64,000 bases of DNA. It comes from Chrysomallon squamiferum. Taxonomy: Eukaryota; Animalia; Mollusca. The position numbers and the translations under genes are program-made. Below are positions 41,009 to 56,156 of the stretch, one piece after another. The stretch spans positions 14,260,001 through 14,324,000 of the forward strand of contig CM022668.1 of NCBI GenBank assembly GCA_012295275.1, written 5' to 3'. The notes beneath the pieces were generated by a model. The model made no database searches, was not told the DNA's origin, and saw only the letters and a list, made by a program, of their open reading frames with translations. Each line of letters begins with the position of its first letter. Positions within the stretch are counted from its first letter, which is position 1.

Positions 41009-42219
41009 GCACACTGTCATTTTAATAATTGTAACATCTTTGTTATGCGTAATGCAGCCATAAAACAAATATATCAAATCCTTTATGTAATACGAAGTTT
41101 CCTAAAATGGTTTCTTACTTATGGTTATAAATCCATGATGATAAACATAACCTGTCACCACAGAGGGTATGCTTTTATTTTCAGTAAACATTTAAGTAAA
41201 TAAATAAACAGAATAAAAAAATAAATAACTAAATAAGAAAATAATGAAACAAATGACACAAATGTAAACGATAAACAAATATATGTTATACCGTATATAA
41301 GCTTGAGATATAAATGCTAAATAAGTAATTATGCTAGTAATAAAAATACCATAAGCATTAAATAAAACAATGATATATACAAACTGTAACTGATTAATTG
41401 ATGTTTATAACTGCCAAAGCAACAAATGAAAACAAAAAGTGATTAATATGCTGAAAAATTACAAATAAACAAATTAATTAATCAAACATTAATTAATACG
41501 AGCATCAAATTTATACAAATGCAAAAACTACCACTAAGAATATGTAAATAAATTAATAGTGTTCCCCACTGAGTTACATACTAAACGTCACAATGATGCT
41601 TACTCCAATTTCTTTTGTTTTCTTTTTTTCTGATGGGGGAATGGGTCATTAGGTGAAGGTCATTTTCAATAAAACTGAATAACTTATTCAGCAATGTCAG
41701 GCATGAATAAAACATATTTTGTGTGTCTTTTACTCACATGTGTTCCTGATGTGGATTATTGATAACCCAAAGAATATTTAATTAAAATAAATAGAATATC
41801 TAATATAAAAAAAAAAAATATAAAAAAACATTTATGGTATCAGGTTACCAACAAAAATACTGCAAGCTGTTAAAACAGCAATGTGATGAGCGTATATTGA
41901 ATTTCAACCATTTCATTAATAAATTTTAATTTAACCAAATTACAGCCAGATTAAATTAAACATGTAATGATTTCAGACACATTTAGCATGCATTTTATGG
42001 GTTCATTTGTACTGGTATTATCATATGATTAACCCATTTAGCAAATTCTGCTGACATTTCATTTTTATACATTGGTGAACATCTCAAAATGCAAATTGTT
42101 TATGTAATTAACAGCATTTTTGAATTTTATATCTCTTAATGTGGAAAATACATGCAAACAAAATTACACAAAATGTGTATGTGTGTGTGTGTGTGCGCGC
42201 GTATACAGATACATACGTA

Positions 42220-42670
42220 CATTTGAATTTTCCAATATGGTAAGTATTTTCTAATTTTCTAACATAAATAACATTCTAGAATCATCCAACAATGTTAAAT
42301 ATTTCATAATTTTCCAACACAAAGAACATTCTAGAATCTTCTGAAAGAGTCAATATTTTACAAATTTCCAACACAGAGAATGTTCTAGAATTTTCCAACG
42401 TGGCAAATATTTTATAATTTTAAAATATAAAGAATATTCTAGAATTTTTTTCCACAAACATAATATTCTGTCAGATAACCAACAGAGCAAATATCAAGGC
42501 ATTTTCAGTCTACTAGAATATTCTAGAACATTTCAAAATACTAAATATTTAATGACATTTTCTGACACAGAAAAGTTTAAATACCAAATATTCTATGTAT
42601 TTTTCAACACAACGACCATTCTAGCAAATTTTTTTAGCTGATGGAACATTCAGGAATTCTCCAAAATGGT
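42220..42670. repeat. Degenerate TTCTAGAA/ttttccaac tandem repeat
   Basis: ttctagaa recurs about every 55-60 bp. Confidence 0.65.
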
Positions 42671-44879
42671 GCTTGCTAATTCTGTTAACAAGTGTATCAC
42701 GTTACAAACTTCTGTAATTGTCACAGAGGTTCAAAATGTTTCAAAATACTGGGTCATTTTTTATTAAAAAATTGTTTTTGTCAGAACTCAAATTTATGTC
42801 TGTCTGCATAAATATGAATGTATTTATATAGTTGTAAGTATGTATATGTATGTACTGATGTGTGTGTGTGTGTTTTATATACAGGTACCTATCTGTATAT
42901 TATACATACAAGGAGGAAGATATTTAGATGTGTTTCTATTTATGTTATTATTACTATAAAATATGCCAAATTGATTAAAATGTAATTAATATTCTTCTAA
43001 ATTGTTATTTTGTTTCTAGCTGAAACTTAAATTGTTCTGGTTTGTGTAGACTAAATAATATATTTCATATATTTTGTACTAATTCATTTCTTGGTTGCTT
43101 GTTGAAATATAACTACAGTTTATATAAGTAATATATTTTATACTTCTTATTTATTTATGTAATATATTTTATATACTTCTTATTTGTTATTTTATTTCTA
43201 GTTAAAATATAAAGTTCATCAGCTCGTGTAGCCTAAATATATTTTGTTCACTTTAAACAGATTCACACATTGTTTGTTAAAGAATAACAAACTATATTTT
43301 TCACAGATGGTTAATTTTCTTTCTTTTTGTTAAATGTGTTAGTATATTTTGCATATTTCCAAGTAAACACATTTTAAAAGCATAACTGTAACTGTTTTAC
43401 CTTGTTATTTCAAACCAAATTTACTGATTTACGGAAAACAAGAAACAGTGAAAGGTAAATATTGCAAAAGATGTTTTTAAACAAAATAAACAAAAAGGAA
43501 AGAATACCTGAACTACCATTTCTTCCAGTGATACACTATTATTTTTAGTTTACTTTTATCCATGGGTAAATCAATAGAAAGGTAGCTTCGTCTGCTATGT
43601 ATTTGTGTTTATTTACATTTCCACGTAAAACATGATGGCTTAAGTGTGTAAGACAAAAAGGAAAATGGAAACTGTAATTTCTAATGAACTGATTTTTATT
43701 TAATGTTGTAAAAAGTAAAACTGAAAGTGACACATTATTTTCTGTTTTTGTTTTTGTTTTCTAGTAATTATTAAAAAAAGAAAAAGGAAATCTTTATAAG
43801 AAGCTTTTAGCCTTTTCAGAAAAATTATTTGGTTATTACCATTTAATGGCTGAGTGTGTTTTTCAAAACATTTTGTTTGTTTCTGTTTTAGCCTGTCAAC
43901 AGCCTTAAATGAAATGTCAAATAATTATATAAAATTAATTGCTTTTTTCTGGAGTTATTTTTTCATCTGTTTGAATAAGATACTGCAGTATTGCTTTAAT
44001 GTGGCAAGCAATTTTATTCAAATAGTTATAAAAAGTGGCAAAATATCAAACTATCTTCCACAAACATTTTCTGAAAATTTAAATTTACATAACTTTTCTT
44101 CATATTTTAAAATGTATTATATTTAGTTTTAAGCAAAACTTGTTACAGAAGAATAACAAAAATTAAAACATTTAAAATTTCATTCTTTTTAATTCATATT
44201 ATTATTAAGTTTCCATATTTTATTTTTAACTGTTCATTTGTTCTAAATTTATTTTAATTATAATTATTATATTTTCAAAGTTTTATTTACTTTGAGTTTG
44301 AATAAGTTTATTATCTTTGTATTAAAATTTAGTTACTTATATATATAAAACATTATTTTAATCCAACAATTATGCTGTGTTAATAGTAAGCATATATTAA
44401 TTCAGTTGTGAAATTAATGTAAGACATATTATATGTATATTGGTAATATAAGCTAACACAATATGCTTACTTGCACCATACTGATAGTCAATTCAGCGAT
44501 TGTGTATCAAGACTGTGAATTGGGTCACTTTCAGTTTTGCTTTGAAGTTCCATTTACTTCTTCTGCTGGATTATTTCACAGAATATTTATACTCTATCAG
44601 CAAAATGAAAAATTTTCTAAAATTCCTAATGACTAAACTAAAACTATTCAGTCTCTCTGGGCACCTGGTTTTTTGAAAAAGAACCATGCGGTCTATCTGT
44701 CAAACGAACAACGCCTAAAACGCTGGCACGACGAATACATTCTCATTCTGTCAATGGACATACTAGTCTCATTTTCCAAATAAAGTTCGTTGTATTCGTC
44801 TATATGCCAGTGTGCATTATGAGTAATATTATCCCTACCATATTAAAGCAAAAAATACACAGTATATTGTATATTTTAC

Positions 44880-44907
44880 CTGATTTCAAGTTATTTTTTC
44901 GGGCCAT
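44880..44907 (-). CDS. SPATS2: SPATS2/SPATS2L-like protein, coding exon 1 (MARKNNLKS/E)
   Basis: GAAATGGCC start, 28 nt ending TCAG|gtaaaa (phase 1). Matches the phase of the next exon and resembles the SPATS2 N-terminus MSRKQNQK as recalled; lies in a CpG-retaining block. Confidence 0.8.
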
Positions 44908-45080
44908 TTCTTGTAAGAACTGTCACGATTGCCGCCGGAAATGGAGACTGCTGTTTACGTCGTCGATTTTCTTACGAAAAGGTCCGGAATCTAACGAACC
45001 CTACGCAGCTTCCTGTTTCTTTACCCTAGATCCCAAAATAAAGTGATTTTTTATATATAAAAACGACCACGGAATACCAT
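44908..45080 (-). promoter_or_regulatory. Probable promoter/5' UTR of the SPATS2-like gene
   Basis: Cluster of CpGs and ETS-like CCGGAA/CAGGAAG motifs directly upstream of the start codon, in otherwise CpG-poor DNA. Confidence 0.55.
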
Positions 45081-45424
45081 CGAACATTTAAATATATTTT
45101 AAAAGGGTTTAAAATAGCATATGCATATTAAATGACATACCTTTAATGTATTTCAGATGTCTTTTTTCCTTCTTTTTTTTCTTTTTTTTTTAAATTTTAT
45201 ATATACTGTACGTACTATTATTTAATTTTAGAGAGAAACTGACATAGGGAGAGAGAGACATACAAAGACATAGAGACAGACAGAGACAGATAGATATATT
45301 TTAAGACAGATAAACATATTTTATTGTATTGACTTACTACTACTGCGTCTACTGCTACTATTTTAGTTAATGTTATTATTGTTAATGTTTATATATCTAT
45401 GTTTCAACCATATAGCCCCTATCA

Positions 45425-45471
<47 letters not shown>

Positions 45472-45844
45472 TATATCTGATTATCTATCCACAACTTGGC
45501 ATATGTAGAATGCAAATGATCTTTATAACGTAATAAGTAGACTAAATGCCCTATGACCTTTCAACAAGAGATAACGTTAGAGAATACAAAGATAAATATA
45601 GATATGCTGAAATGGACGACCTAAGTTTCTTTTCTTTCCGGGTGGATTCTTATGACTTATTGTAAATAAAGATATTGTTATTATTTATACAAACTTTTTA
45701 CTTGTGTGTGCGTTTGTGTGTGTGTATGTCTGTGTGTGTGTGTGTTTGCGCGCGCGCACGTTCAATAAAAATAACGAAACAGTTCTAAAATTAAGTAAAC
45801 ATGCGACGAAATTTAATCTTTGAACCCAGTTTCGTGAAACAAAA

Positions 45845-46305
45845 CCAAGAAAGAAAGAAAAGAAAAGTAATACTGAGAATAGGAAAGAAAAGAAAGCAAT
45901 ATTGGAAAAAAAAAAAAAAAAAAAAAAAAAAACAGTAAAAGGGAAGAGAAAGAAAAGAAACAATGCAAGAAAGAAAGAAAGGACAGAAAAGAAAGAAAAA
46001 ATAAGGAAGACAAGAAGGAAAGAAAGAGAAGAAGTAAACAAAAGATGGCAAGAAGGAACGAAAGAAAAAAGAAAAAAGAACGAAGGAAAGTAAAGAAAGA
46101 AGAGAAAAGAAAGAAACAAGAAGGAAAGTAAAGAAAGAAGAGAAAAGAAAGAAACAAGAAGGAAGACAAGAAGGAAAGAAATACAACAGTTAAACAAAAG
46201 ATAGCAAAAACGAACGTAAGAAAAAGAATAAAAAGAAAGAAAATATAAAAAAAAGAATTCAAGAAAAAGAAGAAGAAGAAGAAATTAAAGAGAGAGAGAG
46301 AAAAG
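45845..46305 (+). repeat. Polypurine (GA-rich) low-complexity tract upstream of the SPATS2 promoter
   Basis: ~460 bp almost entirely A/G, with an internal 38-bp duplication. Confidence 0.9.
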
Positions 46306-47784
46306 TAACTGTGTACTAACAAAAAATCATCATTAAAGTATATACTTTTTTGTAACTACAAATTTTCAACAATTCACAGCCCGTTTAATATCCTTCAGTT
46401 AACAAATCCAAACGCTGTAAAATCCACTGAATATTCAGCCAACACGGGTACAGATCCAATAGCCTAGATCGTCTGCTCTAGGCAAGTTTAAAGTTAAAGC
46501 AAATTTTTAGAGAAACGAGAATGTATCAGTGTTTTTCCTGCGCATTAAGAGACCGGCACCGGTGTTTGATCCCAGTACGTCACAGTATGGTTGAGTATTG
46601 ATACAGAAATGAGATGAATTATATTACGATAAAATCCCGACTCCTGTAGAATTGTGGTATTTGTGTTACAGACAAAAGTACTCACCAAAAATTGTTTCCA
46701 TAACACCTGCAGAGTTATATATACAACAACAAAAAAAATTATAATGAAGAGCTAAAAATTTATATATATTTATATAACTTTACTTTTATTTGACTTTAAC
46801 CACAGCTGTTTAAATAATAATAATTTAAAAAAAAAAAAGGAACTTAAATTCCAATCGATTTAAAAAAGTTATTCTTTTTCAGATGAATTATAATATATTT
46901 CCTTTCTTATTAACTGTTCAATTTTCTTGCAGACGACATTCGTTCTGTAAAGCCTTTTTGTTTCCTTCCTAATTTTTCACAGATTCCTATACACTGCTGC
47001 GATACGGAAAAATGTTAATTTATTTTAAGCAAGCGACTTAGTATGCGTCGGATACGACTTAATTGACCCAAAGCGAGGTTGACAAAGTTAGTCAATTAGT
47101 AATCGATTCGCGTTCAGCTGTCGACGATTCTCGGTATTAAGCAGCCGGTGTTGCTTGTAAAAACTTCAATAGTGCACACTAAGCATATAGATCTGGGGAC
47201 AACATTTCTGTTAAGTCGCTTATCCGGACGCAGTTATGTGTAATTAAAGAAGCCGTGACTTGTAGGAATAACTTTATTCCTAACGTGACACCACACACTA
47301 ACACACACGTACACACGGACAGAGAAACGATTACGCCGCAGAAATTATACCGTATTAAATAGCACTTTGTCCCGACAAACACGCACAAACGCACCTCCAC
47401 TGATATATCTCACGCACACAAACACACAAACACACCTATAATACAAGCCAGCGGTTGAATATACATTGTACATGTACCCACACAGACATTCACTCATATT
47501 TACTTATTACATAAACTCAGATCAGTGTAATAAACTATACGTGTATACATACACATATGCCCAGTAAGCATATACGATTATGTACATGTATGAGTACTGA
47601 ATAACACCTGACTCCTAACAAACAGGAAAACATACACCCACACACAGAATTATATGCGAGTGCATTTAATATTATGTTTATGCAGAAGTTTTTAAACTGT
47701 AGAACTGCTGTCAGGATTTAACTATTGACAAAACAGATAAACATATTTTTTATCCAATCTTTGAATTACGTTTGACGAAAGCTG

Positions 47785-47880
47785 AAGCTAGAGCTTTAGC
47801 GCAATGCAGGATCAATCCATATTGATACGCCCACTGGAAGATTTCCCGTTCCAACCAGTTCCCACAACCAATGGAATATG
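47785..47880 (+). mobile_element. Degenerate SINE fragment (B-box plus central core)
   Basis: ggatcaatcc...cccactgg...tttcccgttccaaccagt. Related to 19670-19730(-) and 25720-25815(-); resembles from memory a gastropod tRNA-SINE core (not verified by search). Confidence 0.4.
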
Positions 47881-49904
47881 CTCTTCTGAGTATTGTGAGG
47901 TTTATACTGAAGATTATTGTTGCCAAGTGACACACAGTATGCGAAATAACACCAGCATCACTATATAATATTTCATAAAATAGATACCGAGATGATGTTG
48001 TTAAATAAATATCGAATCTTTAGATGCCGAATTCTCTCTAAGTAATTCATCAAAAGAAGCAAACTTTAAATTCTGAATAATCAAAAGATTTGACAACTAC
48101 GTGTCTTATCATTCGTAACAAGACCAAACGCGTTTCTGGCGTTTGCAGGAGTAGGCCCAGTCATTAAAACTGATTTCTTTTTATAATTAAAATTCCCAAA
48201 AATATTTTGGTTTCATCTTAATAGGCGTTTTCACATATTCTTTTCTCTGATGTGTTTTAAATTTGGATATATGAATATACGCCACCTTCATTCATATATT
48301 GTAAATATTATTTATGCTTTTTATTATAATATGCTGTAACATACCTTTGTCGATTCATCCGTCGTTTGTTTGTCGCTCTACGTCCAGCTATCTACCAGAA
48401 TATATTTAAATTATTTCTTTATCCTTCTAGCTGTCGCAGATGTCGAATACGAAGCCTGGCAAATATCGCTGATGATTACCGTAAAATCCCATCGCAGAAT
48501 TACCTAATGATAAAAATGTTATCGCAAGTGTCCATAAGTCCGTGCATAACTGTGGCTGAAGAGATAATTTTATCTTATTACTCTTTCATTACATGATTTT
48601 CAAGTTGTTGTTTATTTTTGATTATTATTATTATTATTTTTTTTTCTTCTACGATTTAAAGATATTAATGACGAACTACATGGGTTTTTTCTTCTATATT
48701 TGAGCAAGCTGTTTATTTAGTATGTAATGGTGTTTAAACTGTATTACTGATAACTAAAGGCCGTGGTATATGATGCTCTATTAAAATATAATTTTGCCCC
48801 AAACAAACAAATGAACTACGGTATTAGAGGAGTTTTATGTCCTATACTGTTTTTGGAATCTCTACCATTGCCAATACTACATTATGAGTAATATTATATT
48901 GTTTGTTTGTACAACATATTATAGCATTTGAGGGGACAATATGCAACCCATTGTGATCAGTAGCGGACCTACATTTTTGGTTCCCTGAAACTTGAACAAT
49001 AACAACAACAAACAATAATAAAACATATAAAATGTTATCTGAATTAAGTTAAAAACATTGGCTAGACGAGATTCAGGATCAGTCCGAGAATGAAATATGC
49101 TGAGTTATTTTAACAGTGGACGTTTAGTAGGTTTTTTACGGTATCAACTTCAGCGGTTGATAAGTTGAACTTGAGATAAGGCAAAGCGCCGTATGTTGCA
49201 TTGTTCTTCTGTGTTAAAGATCAGAAAATCACATCGATAATAACAGCCATTCACGTAAACTGCTAGGGACGGTTTAAGTGGGGGATCTAGAAATCTAGAA
49301 GAAAACGGGCAGACATCGCTAAACCATAGAAAAAAGAAGTAAGAAAGTCCTTTACAGTAATAGTCCTTCCTGTTCTTACAGTGACAATTGCATCACGTTT
49401 TAAACTCGTTTTAGGGCGGTGCCCGTATCACGTGGGATTAAGACTAATAGTTGTAATACTGGTGTTTTGGGTTTCTAAAACTGGCCACATATAAAAACTG
49501 CAAGTCACGATTTGCACCGAATATTTTTCACTAATTAACTTGACACTTCACACTTCTTTAGGCAGACGACTTAGGTAAAATAACGGCTCTATTGAACAAA
49601 ACCGGCGAATAGTTTATTCTAAATGTCCGAAATCGACATACTTGTCAGCGACCGATATAAATGCACAGTGATAAAGTTCAGTTAATTTATGTGTTTGCAG
49701 CAACTTGCGAAATCGGAGAAATGACTTGCTAATTATAATCATTTAATATATGAAGGTTTAATAATTCTAGCCTAAGACGTAACTTGTCTAGGGATCGATT
49801 GTAAAACTATTCCGATTTAACTTCTACCAGTGCCCTGGGACAACTGTGTTACCAAAAATGTGTAAGTGCTTTGCCGTTAACGTGAAGGCAGACGTGCGCG
49901 CGCG

Positions 49905-49947
<43 letters not shown>

Positions 49948-51797
49948 CTCTACACAAACTACATTCCTTTCAGCTATCAACGAGAGTAAAATATAGTGTA
50001 ATGTTTTACAAAAGTTGTGAATTTCGAGATAAAAATTACCTTTAATGTTTAATTTAAAAAAAAAAAAAAAATAAAAGAAAAATCGAAGTACGCATGCGAT
50101 TGAAATGACAAAAATGATCGCTCGCTTTGTCTGTCGCGCGTGCGCACGCACACACAATGTACAATTATCAATACTTAATCAAAATTCCGACATGCATGTA
50201 ATTATGAAGATCTTCTAAGGTTACAGAACGTGATTTTAGCATAATAACATTTTTATCTTTATTTGTAAGTCAGTGGTTGAGTATATAATTATAGCCCAAA
50301 TATTCCTAATTTTGGTTTCAACAACAGAATTCAGCTATTTAAAATCGACATAATTTTATTATACACCACCTTTTAATGGTTTAAATATATTAATGTTTCT
50401 GATTACCAGTTTATTACAAACCGCCCCATTATATATATTTTAATTGACTTTCTGCCGTCTGTAGAAAGAATAATTACATTTGTCAGAATGTTTGTTGGCA
50501 TTTCATTGGAGGAACAACAGCTGTTGTACAACGGCAGATTGATTTTCTTCTAACAATCAGTCTTATATTTATTACAATATAAATGGGGCAAAAAATATAT
50601 ATAATAATAATAAACGAATGAATGAATAAATGAGAAATCATTTTTATTTTTAATATATATATATATATATTTTTATTTTATTTTTTTTAATTAAAAAAGG
50701 CATTTTCAGCATTTTATAATCATGATGGTGTCGTCACTTCCTTATCGGTATAAATTTCCGATTGACGTAACTGAAAAAGTCTCAAGTTACAGCTTCACTT
50801 AGTTGTGTGAGTTACGTTTAAAGTGTACCTTTGTGATACAAAGAAGTAGCCTTAGATATATTTCGCGTACTTCCAATTTTTTTTTAATTTTTTTTTTTTT
50901 TTTTTTCCGTCTGATTTCAATTTATAACGAAGTACTGCAGCAAAAGAGAACAGTTAAAAACTATTCAAGTGACGCCATTTTTATATTGTCGGAACATCGA
51001 CGCATAATAAACAACAACAACAACAAAGAAAATTATACATAACTTGATCGTTGAAGAAAAAACAGAAAATTTAAGTTAATCATGGTTGTATCGTAATACA
51101 ATTCGTTCTGGCTACTTTGGGCTTTTTCTCTGTGCATGATTATACTGTTCCCAATAGGCTTGTTAATAAGAAGAAGAGTAAGGAGGTGTCTCCATAAATG
51201 TTGGGTCATATAAATACATAAAAATTATTCCTTAATATAATTGCCTCTTTTTTTACTTAATATTCTCTTTACCTAGATACACATTGACAAATCCATTAGC
51301 TCTCATATTCTGACAAATATAATAAACAAATATAAGGCAATTTTGCCAATATATTCAGTGACAGTGAAGATGAAAGGAAAATTGAATAAATTATTGGCAA
51401 AACTGCCACATGTAACAGCTTATTGTATTTTTATTTTTTTAATATTTTTCCACACATTTCTTTATAAGATGCTGTCATGAATAAATACAAAACGAAAGCA
51501 GCATTTAAGACTTGTTACATTAATGTCATACTTTATTAATAAAGACTGATTTATGTTTATAATAATAAAAAAATAAAAAATAGATTTATGAATATAAAAT
51601 TCATTTTGAATGAATTCATTTTATATTATATTTTTTATTATGATTTTTTTTTTTTTTAAATTTTGTCAGTTTATTTTTTAATCTCCTGGTTTTCATTTTT
51701 GGGTTAATTATTACATAAATTCTGTAACTTATTCTTTTTGTGACAGCAAGATTTCAGAAAAGAGTGTGTGCCTTTATCCTTTATTTTATGAATGTGA

Positions 51798-51835
<38 letters not shown>

Positions 51836-52064
51836 GCCAAACCTCTCCATGAATAAAAAATATATGCAGATAGATTTTAAGCCAATTATAAATAAAATAA
51901 TTTTGTGTCTTTGATTACCCATACAGACTGTCTAACACTAAACTAAATTTATAATTTAGATTTTTATCTTGATTTACACATTTATGGCCTCAATTCTATG
52001 CCTCAGATTTTCTTGAAATTTTCTATACATGTACGCATTTATGTATATATAAACGTATTTTACT

Positions 52065-52125
52065 TTTGTTTGACACCCAGTATATCTTTTGTGTTGGGAT
52101 GTTGTTAAACATTCATTCATCCATC
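52065..52125 (+). mobile_element. Probable SINE 3' tail remnant
   Basis: tgtttgacaccca...gtgttgggatgttgttaaacattcattcat ends in a short (ATTC)n tail typical of SINE/LINE 3' ends; similarity to gastropod SINE tails is from memory only. Confidence 0.35.
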
Positions 52126-52625
52126 CATTTATTGTGTGTTTGTATATATGTTTGTACATATGTATGTATGAATATCTGAATGCTTTTATATTCAGAATCA
52201 CAAAAGTAAACAAGAACAATTTCAAAACACATAAGAAATGGCGTAAACCCAGATTTTATTCTTTTTATCAAGGTAAATGTTGTTTGCATTAAAAAATATG
52301 TAAACAAAGCTCATACTGTGTACTCAGTTAAAGCAGCCATCCATTATTCATCAATATTTTCAGGAGCATATAAACACCTTTAATGAAACAGGTAAGGTAC
52401 ATTACCTGTAATAACTACCTTTAATTTAAATGTTCTTGACACATATGCAAATTTCAGGAGTTCATTAAAAATCTTGAAAAGTGTTGTACGGTTTGAAGGA
52501 TTAATTATATATGCAGTTTGTGTTATTTGTAAACTCAAACTGGGAAATGAGAAATGTCACTGTTGGAATATAGATCAACTCTATTTATAAGCTGAAATTA
52601 TAATTAAAAAGACCAGTAAAGATGA

Positions 52626-52656
<31 letters not shown>

Positions 52657-53231
52657 TATAATAAAAAAAAAAATAATAAATAAATAAATACATTTACATA
52701 TATACAGAAAAAAAAAAGAAGAAAAAATGATAATACTTAAAATATAATTTAGAAATGAAAAAAAAAAATGTAAAAACATTCTATCCTTAAGCCATTGTAT
52801 GTATGATCTTTGAAAATTCTTTTTTAAATTAACAAAAAAAAAAAAAAAAAAAAAAAAACCCCAACAAAACCCCAACTGCCTAACTATAAAAATATATCTA
52901 TTCATTCACTGCAGTCTAATGTTTAATTATTTTTGAATTTCTTTAGTGTGTATTCAAAACTAAGATGTCTACCAACTGTAGTAATTTCAAGCCCCACCCT
53001 AAACCTGTAACAGTCCTGATAAAATATACCTAAAGGAAGACAGGTGTTTTAAACTGTGCATTAAATTACCTGTGTTTCTAGACTTTTATTATTATATTTT
53101 TCTTTTTGATGTGTTTTACTGGTACTGGTAAAAATCTATTTTATATGTAATATTATATGAGTTGGAAATAGAGTGTGGTTTACTAAATATGAATGTTAAT
53201 ATTATGGCATGAAAAAAAAAATGAATGTCAA

Positions 53232-53270
<39 letters not shown>

Positions 53271-54596
53271 GCAATAAAATAAGTTTATTGAAAGAAATTA
53301 TCATCATTTTTTATAATTATCTTTTTTATTATTTTACATTTTCAAAATGTCTGTGAAACAGATAAAGATGGTGAAAAAAAAAAAAAGAGGGAAATTTTAT
53401 TATTATTTTTTTTTATAAAAAGATTACATTAATGTACCAAGATGATTATATATAATAATTTAAAGAAAATAGAGGTTAAAAAAAGGTTAAAATAAAGAAA
53501 GAAAAAGAAAATAATTTATATATAAATATATATAAAAAAAAAAAATTACATTAATGTACCAAGATGGCTATATATAATAATTATTCCATAATCTATATTG
53601 TCAGACTAATCAAAGATATTGCACAGAACAGAAAGAAAAAAAAAAAAGAAAAAAAAAAACAACAACAGTTTTGCTAATTATTATAATATACATTTATGTA
53701 CATACCTATAGCTATTAGTATATTATCTTTTACATGTTTAATTAACACAACATAAATATATTTGTTTTGTTGTGTATGCCAAAACCATACGAGAAAGAAA
53801 GAAAATAGACTCACACTTTTATCATATACACAGTAAGTATAAAATAAAAAAAACCCCTCTAATTATGATGTACAAAATATATCATGCATACACACGCACA
53901 CATATTCCATATACTGTCTAGCATAAAGCATAATGTAGTAATATCTATATAGACATTTATTTATTTATTTATTTTGTAATAGTTATATATACTAGTATAT
54001 GTATATATATATATATATTTTAACAAATCATGAGCATTTGAACTAGCTTCTTGTAATATCTGCTTCAGTGCAAAAGTAAATAAAAAAAAAGCTTACCTTA
54101 AGAAATGATGGTGAATTAAAAATGTCTGCATTTAATCTCTTTTTTTTAAAGGGATACATTTTAAAATTTTAAAATCAATTTCTTCAGAATAAAATATTTA
54201 TAACTATACAATCTACAACTATGGCTGTTGCTTTGACAACATCAGCCATGACAAGCAATATTATGTCTCTATTTGCTATATATATATATATTTATTTATT
54301 TATTTATTGATCTTAGCTGCTTCTGTCATTCATTATAACTATATTGTTTTCTCCCTGTATTAAATAATACAAAAAAATGTTTAATTATCCACTTAAAAAC
54401 AGAAGAAAAAGAGAAAATAAAATAAAAATACCCATAAACCACTTGTGTCAGCCATTTTATTTTGTTAGCTTTGTGTTCATATTTTAATAGTGCAGCTCTA
54501 CATATACTTGTCTGTAGTCAGTAACATCATAAAATGATGATAATAATAATAATAAAAAAATAATAATAATAACAATAGTAGTATGCAATAATAATC

Positions 54597-54632
<36 letters not shown>

Positions 54633-55708
54633 GTAATAATAATAGCAGTAGGATAGTGGTAATAGTAATAATATTGTAGTAGTAATAAAATAGTAAGTAA
54701 AAATACTAAGCGTACTATAATTACACACACACACACACAAGCTAAAACTCGCAAAAAACATTTTCACAAATTTACACCCGATTATCTTTAGAAACAGATC
54801 TAAACGTATTTGTACATTTTATTACATTATTTACATTAAACGTGACAAAACAAAAATAATAATAAAAAGCTGTGTTGTTTTTGAGCATGAAGGTCAGACA
54901 ACTGATGCTTATCATTAGCAAACATATGAAAGTACAAACAAAACCAAAAAAAAACCTTAAAAAAACAAACGTGAAATTTCAAAAAAAAACAACCAAAAAA
55001 ATAACATTAAAGGCAAATGATGAAACAATCACAAGTCTCCAAAATATAATTAACAATAAAATTTGTTTAAATATATTTAATTAAAATTTAATTATCAGTT
55101 ATTAAGCCACACCTTTTTCATTTAAATTTTAAAAATAACGACAATAAACTCTGGAGTCTATCTTAGTAACTTCATTAATATCCAGTTAATAGAAATATAT
55201 CTGTACTATTGCCTAACTCTTATATAAATGTTAAATTAACCTGCATCTATGTATGGATTTTAAGCAGGTGTTTACCAACTAAATGAAATATGAAGACATT
55301 TGTAATTAATCCTTGTGTAATGTATATAAATAAAAATAATGAAGGTAGTTTTATTAAAGATTATTGTAATTTTTTATTTCTTTTTTTAATTTAATTTTTA
55401 ATTTTTTTTTTTTTAAATTCCAATACATAAATTAAAGAGAAATTTATAAGTATTCTTTTATTTATTTATTTATTTATTAATCTTTAATAAAACTACCTTC
55501 ATTATATTTATTTATATATATACCGCTCAAGGATAAATTACAAATTTCTTCATATTTCATGTAATTGTAAACACCAGCTTAAGATCAATCTAAATTACAC
55601 CACTTAAATTTTTTTATTTTTTATTATTTATTTATTTATTTTCTGAAATTTTAATGTATTAATTAATTCAGTGGATCTTGTTTTGAATGAATATACGTAA
55701 ACAGTGAC

Positions 55709-55759
<51 letters not shown>

Positions 55760-56118
55760 TAATAAAATAAAAAAAGAATGAATTCTATAGGTAATTACAT
55801 TTTGATGACTTGTAACGTATACAGACATTGTAACAAACCAAGCTGAGCAAGCAAAGCATAATTTATTATGTTATTAAACTAATATTCTCAGGTTAGAACG
55901 CCAAACAAACACTTCACTTTAATAATAATAATAACAATAATAATAGTAATAATAATAATAAATAATAATAATAATAATAGTAATAACAATAATAGTGATG
56001 ATGGTAGTAGTGGTAGTGGTGATGGTGGTAGGAATAGTACTTTTAAAATGATACTAGTAATAATAATAGTAGTATATATTAATAATAATAATAATAATAA
56101 TAATAAATGAAGCTGAAC

Positions 56119-56156
<38 letters not shown>

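Noticed and set aside
46460-46485. Small hairpins (gcctaga...tctaggc; also taggaata...attccta at ~47263)
   Set aside because: Stems of 7-8 bp are expected by chance; no element ends or target duplications identified.
49650-49690. TATAAA plus TCAGTT initiator-like pair
   Set aside because: Spacing is ~24 nt rather than ~30, no downstream gene is evident, and such motifs are common in AT-rich DNA.
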